64,000 bases of DNA. Origin: Pyrodictiaceae archaeon. GTDB taxonomy: Archaea > Thermoproteota > Thermoprotei_A > Sulfolobales > Pyrodictiaceae. This document shows, piece by piece, positions 47,648-58,145 of the stretch. The DNA is taken from the NCBI GenBank assembly GCA_027036135.1, contig JALVSY010000007.1, positions 260,880 to 324,879 on the forward strand. Reading direction: 5' to 3'. The translations under genes were made by a program, and so were the position numbers. Positions within the stretch are counted from its first letter, which is position 1; each line of letters begins with the position of its first letter. The notes below the pieces were generated by a model. It searched no databases and was not told where the DNA came from. It saw only the letters and a list, made by a program, of their open reading frames with translations.

Positions 47648-47932
47648 TTGGATGTAGATATTAAGCACCTGGCTTGGCTTGCACGCATAGAGCTCACAGA
47701 GGATGAGGCCCAGAATCTACGTAGGAGGATCGAGGGGGCTATGAGGATTATTAGTAAGCTTCTTGAAGCTGATATCAAGGGGCTTGAGCCTCTTTATCAT
47801 CCACAAGAGGAGGCTAGTTATCTTCGCCCCGACGAGGTAAAGCCTCCGAGAGCGAGTAGGGAGAAAATGCTAGATAATGCCGCTAGGGTGGAGAACGGGT
47901 TTATTGTTGCTCCTCGAACCGTTGAAGACTAG
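47648..47932 (+). CDS. gatC: Asp-tRNA(Asn)/Glu-tRNA(Gln) amidotransferase subunit C
   Basis: HLAWLARIEL, LRPDE, NAARVENGFIVAPR. Confidence 0.9.
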   Translation: MDVDIKHLAWLARIELTEDEAQNLRRRIEGAMRIISKLLEADIKGLEPLYHPQEEASYLRPDEVKPPRASREKMLDNAARVENGFIVAPRTVED

Positions 47933-48752
47933 AACGGCGTAGCTCTTTCACTATTTCTGCGAGCTTCTCGGCCTTGGCTGGATCTATTGGTTTCTTGGTA
48001 TCGTTTCCTATCTTGATTGATGTACCGACTATGAATCCATCAGCTATGTTCCAGTAGGCTCTTATATTGTTGATGCTTATCCCGCTTCCAATGAGAACTG
48101 GCTTAAAGCCTGCGAGCTTCTTGATCGCCGCCACGTATCCCGGGCTTGGGGCCTGCGATGTTGCATGCCCGCTTACTATTATGGCGTCCATGCGTCCTCG
48201 GGATGCACAATCATGTATTACTTCCTCTAGGTTTCTTGCCCCAAGGGGGTCGCTATGTTTTACATCTACGTCGGCTAATACTAGTATATGGCGGTCCATT
48301 TGCTGCCTTATAGTCTCGAGCCGTGAGGCGATGGGATGAAGTATGCCTTCTGGGGCAACTCGGGTCTCGCAGTATGCATTTACTCTGATAAAATGAGCGC
48401 TTGAGGAGTAGGCAATAGCTAGAGCTTGTAGTCCTGCATTTCTTAGTAAGCTTATCCCTACTCTTAGGTTTGAACTCTTGACAACTTCACGGGCTACTAT
48501 ACTCATAGCTGTTAGCGCTACATCGTTTACACGCTCGTTAGGAAACGGGTTGTCCGAGTAATTCTCGAGTATTACGGCGTCAAAGCCGGCGCGCTCTAAC
48601 TTCTCAGCCTCTCGTAGGGCATAGCCAATTAACCTTTCTATCCCGGAGAAACCTTGATGCGAGCCAGGTAGTGGAGGAAGATGAATAACGCCGATGAGGG
48701 GCTTAAAGCCTAGTACAGGTATAATGATTTCCATATGGTATCTCCTCAGCAT
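47901..48752 (-). CDS. BtpA/SgcQ family TIM-barrel protein
   Basis: IGVIHLPPLPGS, ENYSDNPF, ADVDVKH, DGFIVGT. Confidence 0.92.
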   Translation of the reverse strand: MLRRYHMEIIIPVLGFKPLIGVIHLPPLPGSHQGFSGIERLIGYALREAEKLERAGFDAVILENYSDNPFPNERVNDVALTAMSIVAREVVKSSNLRVGISLLRNAGLQALAIAYSSSAHFIRVNAYCETRVAPEGILHPIASRLETIRQQMDRHILVLADVDVKHSDPLGARNLEEVIHDCASRGRMDAIIVSGHATSQAPSPGYVAAIKKLAGFKPVLIGSGISINNIRAYWNIADGFIVGTSIKIGNDTKKPIDPAKAEKLAEIVKELRRSSLQRFEEQQ

Positions 48753-48835
48753 AGTTTCTTGGAGTCAACTTACATTATTTAAACCGAATAACAACTTAGC
48801 AATATAAAGGCCTTGTTGTTAAAAGAGGTCTCGGA

Positions 48836-48908
48836 GTTACATGGGGACTCGCTGTCCCCAATCCGACCCGAGCCAGGGGGTGATGCACCTCCCCCTTTAC
48901 CGACACTA
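48836..48908 (+). ncRNA. possible C/D box sRNA
   Basis: ATGGGGA (48841), CCGA, CCC/GGG hairpin, GTGATGC (48880), 13-nt guide, CCGA (48900); the C box is degenerate. Confidence 0.4.
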
Positions 48909-48915
48909 ACTCCTA

Positions 48916-49335
48916 TCAGCTTTTCTCGATTACTTCTTTTACTATGTTAAGAACTCGTTCCTCTAACCGTGACTCCTGCGTTGCACCCATTATTACATCT
49001 GCTACGTGTCCATTAACGAATATTATGGTAGTTGGGATATTATCAACAGAGTACCTATCAGCGATCTCTGGTGCCTGATCTGTATCAAGGTATACGAATA
49101 TAATGCCTTTCTCGGGGCTAGCTAGCTTGCGAGCAACACGCTTAAACACTGGCGTATAGGCTTTACACGGATTACACCAAGGCGCTGAGAATTCTACAAC
49201 TACCACCTTGTACCTTGAGAGCAATTTGTCGAAGTCGTCCTTCCCTGCATATACTAGGGGATCACCAAGCTCTTTTTCAATTATCTTGATTTTTTCATTA
49301 ACAAGTTCCTTTATACTGTTTATTTCTTGCTGCAC
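48916..49335 (-). CDS. thioredoxin
   Basis: FSAPWCNPCK active site and IPT cis-Pro loop. Confidence 0.92.
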   Translation of the reverse strand: MQQEINSIKELVNEKIKIIEKELGDPLVYAGKDDFDKLLSRYKVVVVEFSAPWCNPCKAYTPVFKRVARKLASPEKGIIFVYLDTDQAPEIADRYSVDNIPTTIIFVNGHVADVIMGATQESRLEERVLNIVKEVIEKS

Positions 49336-49416
49336 CTTTCTCTCCCTAGCCTAGTGTCCTGGGCTGTACTCTTTAATTTGCCTCCTAGTACTAGTTCCTC
49401 ACGGGATAATCGAGCC

Positions 49417-49830
49417 TTGAAAGTGTTCTTCAAGGAATTCACTATAAGCACGTCTGAGCGTTTCCAAGTAATTAATATAACTAGCTATGTAGAGGAAGCC
49501 GTGAAGGAGAGCGGTATAAGGAATGGTATCTGTCTCGTATTCGTACCTCATGCTACTGCTGCCATTATAGCTAATGAGTACGAGCCAAATATTGTATCAG
49601 ATTATATAGAGCTAGTTAGGCAGGTCTTCAAGCCAGATTATGCGTGGAGACATAACCGTATAGATAATAATGCACACGCTCACTTGGCCTCCGCGGTCAT
49701 TGGTCCTTCGAGAATATTCCCAGTGAGAGAAGGAAGAATAGTTAGGGGTACATGGCAAGAAATACTACTCGTAGAGCTGGACGGGCCTAGGCCGCGTAGG
49801 CGAGTAATGGTAGAAGTTATGGGTGAATAA
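49417..49830 (+). CDS. YjbQ/UPF0047 family protein
   Basis: [36 protein letters not shown] start at 49417 preferred over the ORF-track start. Confidence 0.92.
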   Translation: MKVFFKEFTISTSERFQVINITSYVEEAVKESGIRNGICLVFVPHATAAIIANEYEPNIVSDYIELVRQVFKPDYAWRHNRIDNNAHAHLASAVIGPSRIFPVREGRIVRGTWQEILLVELDGPRPRRRVMVEVMGE

Positions 49831-49832
49831 AT

Positions 49833-51020
49833 GTGGCAACCCCTAGTCCTAGACTCTACGTAGCATCTACGGACGATATTAGGAGCGGAAAGGTTACTGA
49901 CATATATTTTGTACGTACAAGGAAGATTCTTCACGAAAAAGGCTTATGCGATGTACGTGTGCGTGCTGAACTGCACGTGTACAGCCTGCCCCATGGATAT
50001 GAATGGGGTGTTTTTGCGGGACTGGAGGAGGCCTTAGCCATACTTAGCGGTAAGGGTGTTAATGTTTACGCTGTACCAGAGGGCACCATATTTAGGCCAA
50101 AGACACCATTAATGATAATTGAGGGCAAATACTGTGACTTCGCTGAACTAGAGACGCCAATCCTAGGCGTGCTTCGCCACGAATCAAGCATAGCTACTAA
50201 GGCAGCAAGAGTGAAGCTGGCTGCCGGCGACAAGGCCGTATTGTTCTTCGGGCTTAGGGCACTGCATCCAGCCATAGCGCCTATGGCTGACCGGGCAGCA
50301 TACATAGGTGGATGCGACTCTGTATCCGGCACTATTTCCGAGAAATTTCTTGGACTCAAGCCACAGGGCACAATGCCCCATGCACTAATAATAGTCTTTG
50401 GTGACCCTGTGGAGGCCTGGAAGGCTTTTGACGAAATAGTTGAGAAGGATGTTGCACGTGTAGCACTAGTTGACACCTTCTACGATGAGAGATACGAGAC
50501 GCTACGAGCCGCTGAGGTATTAGGAAAACGGCTTGCCGCTGTGAGACTTGATACCCCGAGTAGTAGACGAGGAAATATGAGACAAATAGTTGAAGAAGTG
50601 CGATGGACGCTTGACTTACATGGATATAACCATGTAAAAATTATTGTGAGCGGGGGGCTTGACGAGAACAAGATAAGAGAGTTACGAGACGTTGTTGATG
50701 CTTTCGGCGTTGGCACCTCGATAGCGTTTCCACCTAGTATAGATATAAGCATGGACATAGTAGAGGTGGAAAGAGACGGGAAATGGGTACCAATCTCAAA
50801 GCGTGGGAAACTACCTGGTGCGAAAAAGCTCTATCGGTGCAAGCCATTAGAGGATATAATGACACCGTGGAGCCAGGATGAGCCACCACTCTGTAGCGAC
50901 GGTTCTTCAGCAAAACTATTAATGAAGAAATACATGGAGAATGGGAGAATTATAGAAAGGCTTCCTAGCATCAATGAGATAAGAAGCTATGTGCTTGAAC
51001 AGTTAAAGAGCTTGGAGTAA
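49833..51020 (+). CDS. pncB: nicotinate phosphoribosyltransferase
   Basis: [40 protein letters not shown]. Confidence 0.93.
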   Translation: MATPSPRLYVASTDDIRSGKVTDIYFVRTRKILHEKGLCDVRVRAELHVYSLPHGYEWGVFAGLEEALAILSGKGVNVYAVPEGTIFRPKTPLMIIEGKYCDFAELETPILGVLRHESSIATKAARVKLAAGDKAVLFFGLRALHPAIAPMADRAAYIGGCDSVSGTISEKFLGLKPQGTMPHALIIVFGDPVEAWKAFDEIVEKDVARVALVDTFYDERYETLRAAEVLGKRLAAVRLDTPSSRRGNMRQIVEEVRWTLDLHGYNHVKIIVSGGLDENKIRELRDVVDAFGVGTSIAFPPSIDISMDIVEVERDGKWVPISKRGKLPGAKKLYRCKPLEDIMTPWSQDEPPLCSDGSSAKLLMKKYMENGRIIERLPSINEIRSYVLEQLKSLE

Positions 51021-53030
51021 TCTTAGTCCTACTAGGGCACCGAGTTTAATTGCCTCGATGATGGGGCTTATTTTCTGTACTTGCGTTGTCCCTCTACTCA
51101 TAACAACGACATCACAATGTGGAATACTAGTCTGTATTGGATCAATATCGATAGTGTTTCCGGATAATATGTTACGACCACAGAACATGGTACAATGCGC
51201 ACTAGCACACACTACTCTTAAAAGTCTATCATTTAGGCGAGTGACTATAGAACCTCTTCGCGGAAGCTTGATATTAATGCTGCGCACGTTTGTTCCGTCA
51301 CCTACACGAATATTACTATCCCCCGAGAGGCGTAGAACTACATTATTTGCTTCAACAGGAATAAACACATCATTTATACTTATTGGGATAATCCCGCTTT
51401 TTTCGTAGCTGAGGCCGATGAGCAATGAATAGTTCTGAATTCCCATGGGTTTTACTGAAACAAGCTGCGGAACCTCTTTAACTAGCGGTCCCGCTAGCTG
51501 CTCATAGTCTACATTCTGCCTAATTACATGTCCTTGCGGAGTGGCTAGACCGATTATACATTTATTTTCTTTATTAACGTATATTTTAATACTATTATTA
51601 TCTTCCGGCATTAAAATACAAGGTGAATACCTAATAACGCGCGACACATTGCCCTGAATCCTGCATTTAGCAATAACCGTGTCTATATCACTGAATCGTA
51701 ATGGTTTACATATAAGTTGTGCATCAACATGAGTCTTAGACTTAGCTGTAATAGGCACGCATTTGTCGCCGTAGCATAGCTCTAGGTTTTCAAAAATATT
51801 GCCCTTGCATACACCATTATCATTAATAACAAATACAGCCTCCGAGCCAAATACATGACTTGGCTCATAGCTTTTTGTGCCAATGCGTAATGCTATTCTT
51901 TCTTCGCTAACGTCTAGTCCGTTTACATGTATAATGCACTTCCCGCAGTGTGTACCAAGGCAAATAGTATTTTGTCCTGCACTGTATATTAGAGCATTTA
52001 TATCACTAAGAGTGTCGTCAAGGTTTACGGGACCAAACATTTTCTCTATACTCTTGAGCACTATTTTCTCTATATTGCGGAGATCTGCTGGTGCCATTAC
52101 TTTTTTAATATCTATACCGTCTCTCCTTAGAACAGTGATATATATTGGTGAAGAAGCTATAATGGCCGCTACAAAGTACTTTTTATCGTTATTTTCTATA
52201 AATGATAAAATATATGGATTAATTATATTAAAATTATCAGTATAACTAAATGTATCAACAAATATTTTTCCCGCATAAAATGGATAAAATGTACCATTAA
52301 TAGGCTCAAAGTCACAAAGAACTAGGGAAGACCCATGCGCATCACGTATACTTATAATATCGTCACAACTAGCAAGAGGCTCAACACCGCTAGCACGGGA
52401 TAAAGAGAATAATACTTTACTTGACTTACTATATAGCAGGACGGAGCTAGGCCCCCGGGCTAAATCAACACCGAGTGGCTCAATTTCCTCTGTCAACGCT
52501 GCATCAATGAGCCCCGTGCTCGGCGAGAGAATTCTAATATAGTCCTTAAAGACCAGGAGGAGGACACCGTTGCGAAACAATATCCGCCGAGGCTTTTCAC
52601 CAGCTATCCATGTCGACGTAAACCCGCTTAGATCATCTATTATAGCATAGTATTCACGGCCCCTTCTATATATTAAAGCCACTGAGTCAAAGTAATCAAA
52701 TACACTGACCACTTTAACGTTATCAGAGGACTCGCAAAGACAACTATCTCTCCAGCAGAACCTTAAGGATCCACTGAACCTCGAAGACTTGATATAGTAG
52801 ATCGCACTAGGACCTCTAACCCACCATCCATCCTCCCAGCATTTAGGTAACTGCACCACCGACCCATTTAGAGGGATAACTCGTATCACTTTACCCTCAG
52901 ATATTAGTTCAACGAATAATTTGTTCTTATAAAAGAAGACCTTATACAAATTAGTATCATCGTTTACTGCTTCAACTCTGCTGAGCTTAAACGGCAGCTC
53001 AAGCCTCATTACTTTTTGCCTAGTTACCAA
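51003..53030 (-). CDS. large hypothetical beta-rich, Cys-rich protein
   Basis: 675-aa uninterrupted ORF in visibly AT-richer DNA; no recognised motif. Confidence 0.6.
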   Translation of the reverse strand: MVTRQKVMRLELPFKLSRVEAVNDDTNLYKVFFYKNKLFVELISEGKVIRVIPLNGSVVQLPKCWEDGWWVRGPSAIYYIKSSRFSGSLRFCWRDSCLCESSDNVKVVSVFDYFDSVALIYRRGREYYAIIDDLSGFTSTWIAGEKPRRILFRNGVLLLVFKDYIRILSPSTGLIDAALTEEIEPLGVDLARGPSSVLLYSKSSKVLFSLSRASGVEPLASCDDIISIRDAHGSSLVLCDFEPINGTFYPFYAGKIFVDTFSYTDNFNIINPYILSFIENNDKKYFVAAIIASSPIYITVLRRDGIDIKKVMAPADLRNIEKIVLKSIEKMFGPVNLDDTLSDINALIYSAGQNTICLGTHCGKCIIHVNGLDVSEERIALRIGTKSYEPSHVFGSEAVFVINDNGVCKGNIFENLELCYGDKCVPITAKSKTHVDAQLICKPLRFSDIDTVIAKCRIQGNVSRVIRYSPCILMPEDNNSIKIYVNKENKCIIGLATPQGHVIRQNVDYEQLAGPLVKEVPQLVSVKPMGIQNYSLLIGLSYEKSGIIPISINDVFIPVEANNVVLRLSGDSNIRVGDGTNVRSINIKLPRRGSIVTRLNDRLLRVVCASAHCTMFCGRNILSGNTIDIDPIQTSIPHCDVVVMSRGTTQVQKISPIIEAIKLGALVGLRLLQAL

Positions 53031-53139
53031 GCACCCCAGAATTGACTAGTAATGGTAGAAGTGTAAGAGAGGACACCGAACCTAAACTATTGTCAAAGAA
53101 GAGAGGAATAGCGGCGGGGGCCCGCGGTTTGCGGGCTCT

Positions 53140-53216
53140 TGGTAGCGGGGGGTGGATTTGAACCACCGACCTCGGGGTTATGAGCCCCGCGGGCTACCAG
53201 GCTACCCTACCCCGCT
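53140..53216 (-). tRNA. initiator tRNA-Met(CAT), CCA encoded
   Basis: AGCGGGG...CGGGG-CTCATAA-CCCCG...GGTTCAAATCC...CCCCGCTACCA; A1-U72 pair and GGG/CCC anticodon stem. Confidence 0.96.
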
Positions 53217-53439
53217 AGGCTACCCCGCCATCCACCATGTACTAAGGAGTACTACATCTAAGGCCTCCTCTATATACCTTACGCCTTGACAGACTATTTA
53301 TCACGGAATTTATAGCGATAGAGACGACGTATTATAGATGGAAATCGTGAGTATTATTAATCATTGCCAATATAATATGAGGCGTATTGGGGGATGACTT
53401 AACCTCCCCGCAGCAAACTGATCATATGGTGCTGAAAGG

Positions 53440-53790
53440 GTGAGCTGGAAGGACCCCCAGACGCGCAAGGATATCGTATACTTATTAACTATGCTTGTAC
53501 CGATTGGCTATACTGTTACATACTCTGTACTAGCAAGGCTTAGTGGTACTTCTCCCAGAGCCGTAGGTACCTATATGCGCCAAAACAGAGACTTGGTAGT
53601 GGTACCTTGTCATCGGGTTGTATCTCTACGAGGACTAGGAGGCTATAGTAAAGGAATAGAATTTAAGGAGCGCCTACTACGCATAGAGAGAGCACTTGAG
53701 AACTCTTCACTTAAACGTATTAGCAGCGTTGAGGAGTTCTGGGAAATAGTTGAAGAGAATGGAGAACCTATAGATGTTGATGATCCCTAA
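53440..53790 (+). CDS. ogt: O6-alkylguanine-DNA alkyltransferase family protein (C-terminal domain only)
   Basis: VPIGYTVTYS, SPRAVG, VPCHRVV, LGGYS. Confidence 0.85.
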   Translation: MSWKDPQTRKDIVYLLTMLVPIGYTVTYSVLARLSGTSPRAVGTYMRQNRDLVVVPCHRVVSLRGLGGYSKGIEFKERLLRIERALENSSLKRISSVEEFWEIVEENGEPIDVDDP

Positions 53791-53799
53791 GTAGCTTTT

Positions 53800-53860
53800 G
53801 TGCTCAGTCCACAGGGAATTCATCACGTGTTTCCTCAGCTAGGTGTTGGCTCAGCACCCG
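53800..53860 (-). ncRNA. C/D box guide sRNA
   Basis: C GTGCTGA (53857-51), guide GCCAACACCTAG, D' CTGA, C' GTGATGA (53826-20), guide ATTCCCTGTGGA, D CTGA (53807-04). The D' guide is antisense to recalled 16S CTAGGTGTTGG. Confidence 0.82.
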
Positions 53861-53921
53861 CAATGATGAAGGCCTTTGGGCCCGAAATATGAGGCTTGCC
53901 TAATGGCGGAGCGCTGAGCAG
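53859..53921 (+). ncRNA. C/D box guide sRNA
   Basis: C ATGATGA (53863), 12-nt guide, D' CCGA (53882), C' ATGAGGC (53889), D CTGA (53914), terminal GC/GC. Confidence 0.7.
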
Positions 53922-54174
53922 CCAGGAGTAATGGGGTCGGTCCTGGCCACTTTATTCATCCCTATACGAGGTCATCTAAAGGGTGCGCTCCTCAACCCCC
54001 TCTTTATCTTACGGGAAAAGGCAAGTTTTTCTTAGTAGCTGGTAGGACTTAAGTATGCTATTCAGTATACTTCTTATGTGCTACCAGGGTGCGCTAGTAA
54101 AAACCGTAGACTGTAGTAAGGGTAAGGGTTGCAGCAGTTATTAGCCCGGCTGTGTTAACACGTGCATCAAAAGA

Positions 54175-55335
54175 GTGGGGGATAAGTGTTTGCAGCAAAT
54201 AAGCCTGAGAACTGTTAGGGGCAAACGCTGGAGATTCCGAATAGATGACTTCCCTGAACCGTATAGAACTCTGTACAAGATCCTAGAGAAGCAAGGCTAC
54301 ATAATAATTGGAAGGCATAGTGCCTATAAGAAGTGCCACTGGACACATGCAGCCATAGTCGAAGAACGCTTTTGCTATAAGTGTAAGTTCTATGGTATTG
54401 CTAGCCACCAGTGTATACAGATGACACCAGCTGCTCTCTGGTGCTGGAATGCATGTCTGCATTGCTGGCGTTTGAGGCCAACTGATACACTTAAATTTGA
54501 TGAAACAAAGCTACCATGGGTAGATGACCCCGAACTCATTGTTGAGGGGAGTATCGAGGCTCACAGAGAATCAGTTATGGGGTATCTTGGCCACCCACGC
54601 CTCGATGACAGAATGCGTAAAAGAATAGAGGAAGCAATGAATCCGCGCCATGCCGCAATCAGTCTTACGGGTGAGCCCGCTCTATATCCGCGCCTAGACG
54701 AACTCATCAAGGAGTACCATAGACGTGGAATAACAACGTTTCTCGTCACGCGGGGAGTAAGACCCGATGTTCTAGCCAACCTAGGAGAGGAGCCAACACA
54801 GCTATATATAAGCATAGAGGCATGGGATAAGGATAGCTATAATAAGTTTAACAGACCGCTAGTACCGCGAGCATGGGAGCTTACCTGGAAAACACTAGAG
54901 CTCTTACCAAGCTTTTCAAGTCCGACAGTGATAAGATTTACTCTTGTAAGGAGCTTCAATATCCACGACCAGGCACTCAAAGCCTGGGCAAAAATGGTAG
55001 AGGTATCCCAGCCAACATATATTGAGCTAAAATCCTATATGTACGTTGGCGCGTCTAGACAAAGGCTCAGAAAGGAGGATATGCTAAAACACTTAGAGGT
55101 ACTACGCATAGCCAAGAAATTCGCAGACATGACTGGATACAAGATAGTCTCCCAACAAATAGAGAGCAGAGTAGTCCTACTATCTAGACTTAATAAACCA
55201 ATCCGCGTCGGCGAAGGATGCCCCAAGGGATGGATTAAGGAGAAAGAACGACTAGAAGCTATGCTCGAGGAGCTTGAGAGACATCCCGAGCTGGAAGGCC
55301 TAGAGTACAAGATGGTTGAAGAAAGTAAGATCTAG
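54175..55335 (+). CDS. taw1: 4-demethylwyosine synthase (radical SAM, tRNA-Phe wyosine pathway)
   Basis: HSAYKKCHWT, CYKCKFYGIASHQCIQMTP, CWNACLHCWR, AISLTGEP. Confidence 0.95.
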   Translation: MGDKCLQQISLRTVRGKRWRFRIDDFPEPYRTLYKILEKQGYIIIGRHSAYKKCHWTHAAIVEERFCYKCKFYGIASHQCIQMTPAALWCWNACLHCWRLRPTDTLKFDETKLPWVDDPELIVEGSIEAHRESVMGYLGHPRLDDRMRKRIEEAMNPRHAAISLTGEPALYPRLDELIKEYHRRGITTFLVTRGVRPDVLANLGEEPTQLYISIEAWDKDSYNKFNRPLVPRAWELTWKTLELLPSFSSPTVIRFTLVRSFNIHDQALKAWAKMVEVSQPTYIELKSYMYVGASRQRLRKEDMLKHLEVLRIAKKFADMTGYKIVSQQIESRVVLLSRLNKPIRVGEGCPKGWIKEKERLEAMLEELERHPELEGLEYKMVEESKI

Positions 55336-56063
55336 GACTCTTCCTTCTTTTTTCTAAGCCCATATCTCTGTATTATCTCATATAGCCTCTTAGCCTTCAT
55401 AGTGTATAGCCTTATCCGGGTACCCTTAGGCTCTATTATCTCCACATAGCCTTTAGCCTCATTTACCTCTACTCTAGTACCCTCCGGCAAAGGAAAGCCA
55501 ATAATCCTCCCAAGTGACCCCTTAAGCAATATACCTTTATCCGTCACAACAAATCCCTTGGGAACCATTGGCACGATGAGTTTATCTCCAACACCACCAC
55601 GTCTCTGTATTAGGAAGCTTACTATTGTCATTAACTCGAAGAGCGAGAGCCATATGATAAACCCGGCAACAGTATTGCTGGGAGCACCAATACTCTTAAG
55701 TAACCCAACAAGGCTCTTGTAATAGTACCTCACGACATAGAATAATGGAAGATAGAGGATTAATACAACAAAGGACATCATTGATACCTTCATCTGCTTA
55801 GAATATAGAGCAAGAAGCTCCTCATCCTCCATCGCCAGCTGGAACGCGTTTTCCTCGCGTAGCAACTGCCTAGCTCTCTCAATATCGGCTCTCGTAACAC
55901 TTGTTTTAACGCCGCCACGTGCACTATATGCACTTAAACCCATCATTAAGCCTAGATAGATTAGGAAGAGAAGCCACACATACCTCGGAAACGCTACGAA
56001 AGCATAAGCGAGTATTACTATGTAGACCTGGCTTATAAGCATCATAGTGCGTCTCGATAACAC
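55332..56063 (-). CDS. conserved crenarchaeal membrane protein (DUF2208-like)
   Basis: ISQV...TM helices, MEDEEL...KQMK, and a C-terminal PH-like segment (VTDKGI...GYVEI...IRLY). Confidence 0.7.
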   Translation of the reverse strand: MLSRRTMMLISQVYIVILAYAFVAFPRYVWLLFLIYLGLMMGLSAYSARGGVKTSVTRADIERARQLLREENAFQLAMEDEELLALYSKQMKVSMMSFVVLILYLPLFYVVRYYYKSLVGLLKSIGAPSNTVAGFIIWLSLFELMTIVSFLIQRRGGVGDKLIVPMVPKGFVVTDKGILLKGSLGRIIGFPLPEGTRVEVNEAKGYVEIIEPKGTRIRLYTMKAKRLYEIIQRYGLRKKKEES

Positions 56064-56135
56064 GCTACTAGACCCCCTAGAAACAGGGCTGTATAAGGCA
56101 CCCTATAAAATTAGACCCACCTGGAACTAGAATAC

Positions 56136-56200
56136 CGCAATGATGAAATAGAGGGGGCAGAGCAGCTATAATGCGATGAAGATCACGGCTGAGCGCTGAT
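56136..56200 (+). ncRNA. C/D box guide sRNA
   Basis: C ATGATGA (56140), D' CAGA (56158), C' GCGATGA (56173), D CTGA (56189; alternative 56196), terminal CGC/GCG. Confidence 0.75.
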
Positions 56201-56362
56201 AAGCCTCGGTGTGGACGAGCACTATCATTGCCCCATGTAGGGGCTGTACTAGGCCTGCGTGTAACCTCATCGGCTCCAAGTAGAGGTTAGCATAGGGTCC
56301 CGGGAATCCTTAAATAAACCGCTACTCGTACTTAACCGGAAACTCTATACATGGGATAACGC

Positions 56363-56470
56363 GCCGCCGTAGCTCAGCGGGCAGAGCACCGGCCTCGTAA
56401 GCACCCCGCTGCTGTCCGCGGGTTCCGAGGGAGCCGGGGGTCCCGGGTTCAAATCCCGGCGGCGGCTCCA
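56363..56470 (+). tRNA. tRNA-Thr(CGT) with a 32-nt intron at 37/38 (56400-56431), CCA encoded
   Basis: Acceptor GCCGCCG/CGGCGGC, anticodon stem CCGGC/GCCGG. BHB: CTCG pairs with CGAG, bulges TA^A and GG^A. Confidence 0.95.
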
Positions 56471-56581
56471 CTGCGGGCCTTCTACCCCATTCCCCATCCC
56501 CTAACACTTTTCATAATTTCATAATAAAGAATTACAACACACTTCTTGAGAAAAACTTTTGCCTAGATGTCTAAGTAATGA

Positions 56582-56649
56582 GGGCTCCGCTACCCCGGAG
56601 AGAGACATCCCCCTCAGGGGTTCCTTTGGCATGACTTTCTTCATTGCCC
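56582..56649 (-). ncRNA. C/D box guide sRNA candidate
   Basis: C ATGAAGA (56644-38), D' CTGA (56617-14), weak C' ATGTCTC, guide TCTCCGGGGTAG, D CGGA (56589-86), terminal GGGC/GCCC. Confidence 0.55.
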
Positions 56650-56732
56650 CTAGTAGCTTCAAGGACTACATGGTCGCGTTTTGCTTCGTTTCAGGTAGTT
56701 TCTCGGTGTACCTGGTGCTATAGTTTTAGCGG

Positions 56733-58145
56733 ATGCCCCTAGGAATAGTAGAGCGAGGAGGACAAAGAGTGATGCTACCCTGGGCACCAAGTGCTAATAA
56801 GAAAGACAGGGAGTATATGCTAAAGACTATTGGTGTTAGCGATGCCTTGGAACTCTATAGCGATGTGCCATCCAAGGCTTTGCTAAGGAAACCGCCCATG
56901 GTTGGTTTTGGAAGGATTCTATCCGAATGGGAGCTCATAAGAATGGTTAACGATATTCTTGACAAGAACAAGTACTTTACTTCACCGCCGCCCTTTCTAG
57001 GCGGGGGCATTTGTTTCCACTACGTACCCGCTGTTATAGATTCGGTGATTTCGCGTAATGAGTTCTATACCGCCTATACTCCTTACCAGCCTGAAATAAA
57101 TCAAGGCCTTCTACAAGCCTTCTTCGAGTATCAGAGTCTCATGGCTGATCTTCTCGAGATGGACGTAGTTAACGTGTCTATGTACGACTGGAGCACGGCG
57201 GCAGCCGAGGCGATGCTTGCTGCTTTGCGAGTTACGCGTAGAAAGAAAGTTCTCGTAGCCAACAATGTTCATCCCGAGCACCTAGAGGTTATTAGGACAT
57301 GGCTACTGGGTAAGAACGTTGAGATAAGAACCATAGGCTTTGATGAGGAGACAGGCACTATCAAGCTAGAAGAGCTAGAGAGAAATATAGACAATGGTAC
57401 CGCTGCAGTTTATATCGAGTCGCCCAACTACTTTGGAGTACTTGAACAAGGGCTAGAAGCTGTAGCGGATATAGCTCATAAGAATGGAGCACTCTTTGTT
57501 GTAGGAGTTGAACCACTGAGTCTCGGTCTTATACGGCCACCCGGGAGCTATGGAGCCGACATAGTTGTTGGTGATGCACAGCCTCTGGGTATTGGGTTAA
57601 ACTACGGCGGACCCTTGCTCGGCATCTATGCTACTAGGTGGGATAGGAAACTCGTAAGACAGATGCCTGGCAGGCTTATCGGCCTAACAAGGACAGTTGA
57701 TGGAGAGGAACAAGGCTTCGTAATGATACTACAGACTAGAGAGCAGCACATACGTAGAGAGAAAGCAACCTCAAACATAACGAGCAACGAGGCATTACTC
57801 GCTGTAGCTGCAGCGGCATTCCTCACACTCCTAGGCGGAAAAGGGCTAAGGGAATTAGCAAGAACTATATGGATCCGAAGCCACTATGCAGCTAAGAAGC
57901 TACGAGGTATCGGTGTAGAAGCACCGTATTTTAGCTCCGAGTTTTTCAAGGAATTTGTTGCGAGGTTCCCCAAGCCATATAGTGAGATACACAAGCACAT
58001 ACGCTCAAAGAGCATAATGGGTGGCCTCTATCTAGGCGATAAGCCACCACTCTATGATAAGCATTCAGCGCTTTTCTGCGTAACGGAGGCACACAGCAAG
58101 AAGGACATTGATCTCCTTGTTACAACCATAGGTGAGGCGCTATGA
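56733..58145 (+). CDS. gcvPA: glycine dehydrogenase (decarboxylating) subunit 1
   Basis: EFYTAYTPYQPEINQG, SMYD, LQTREQHIRREKATSNI. The true start may be near 56769-56772. Confidence 0.95.
   Translation: MPLGIVERGGQRVMLPWAPSANKKDREYMLKTIGVSDALELYSDVPSKALLRKPPMVGFGRILSEWELIRMVNDILDKNKYFTSPPPFLGGGICFHYVPAVIDSVISRNEFYTAYTPYQPEINQGLLQAFFEYQSLMADLLEMDVVNVSMYDWSTAAAEAMLAALRVTRRKKVLVANNVHPEHLEVIRTWLLGKNVEIRTIGFDEETGTIKLEELERNIDNGTAAVYIESPNYFGVLEQGLEAVADIAHKNGALFVVGVEPLSLGLIRPPGSYGADIVVGDAQPLGIGLNYGGPLLGIYATRWDRKLVRQMPGRLIGLTRTVDGEEQGFVMILQTREQHIRREKATSNITSNEALLAVAAAAFLTLLGGKGLRELARTIWIRSHYAAKKLRGIGVEAPYFSSEFFKEFVARFPKPYSEIHKHIRSKSIMGGLYLGDKPPLYDKHSALFCVTEAHSKKDIDLLVTTIGEAL

Noticed and set aside
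56580-56732. Glycine riboswitch upstream of gcvPA (GGAGAG...CTCAGG...TTTCAGGT)
   Set aside because: It lacks the conserved CCGAAG(G/A)AG core and P3 architecture; the minus-strand C/D interpretation fits better.
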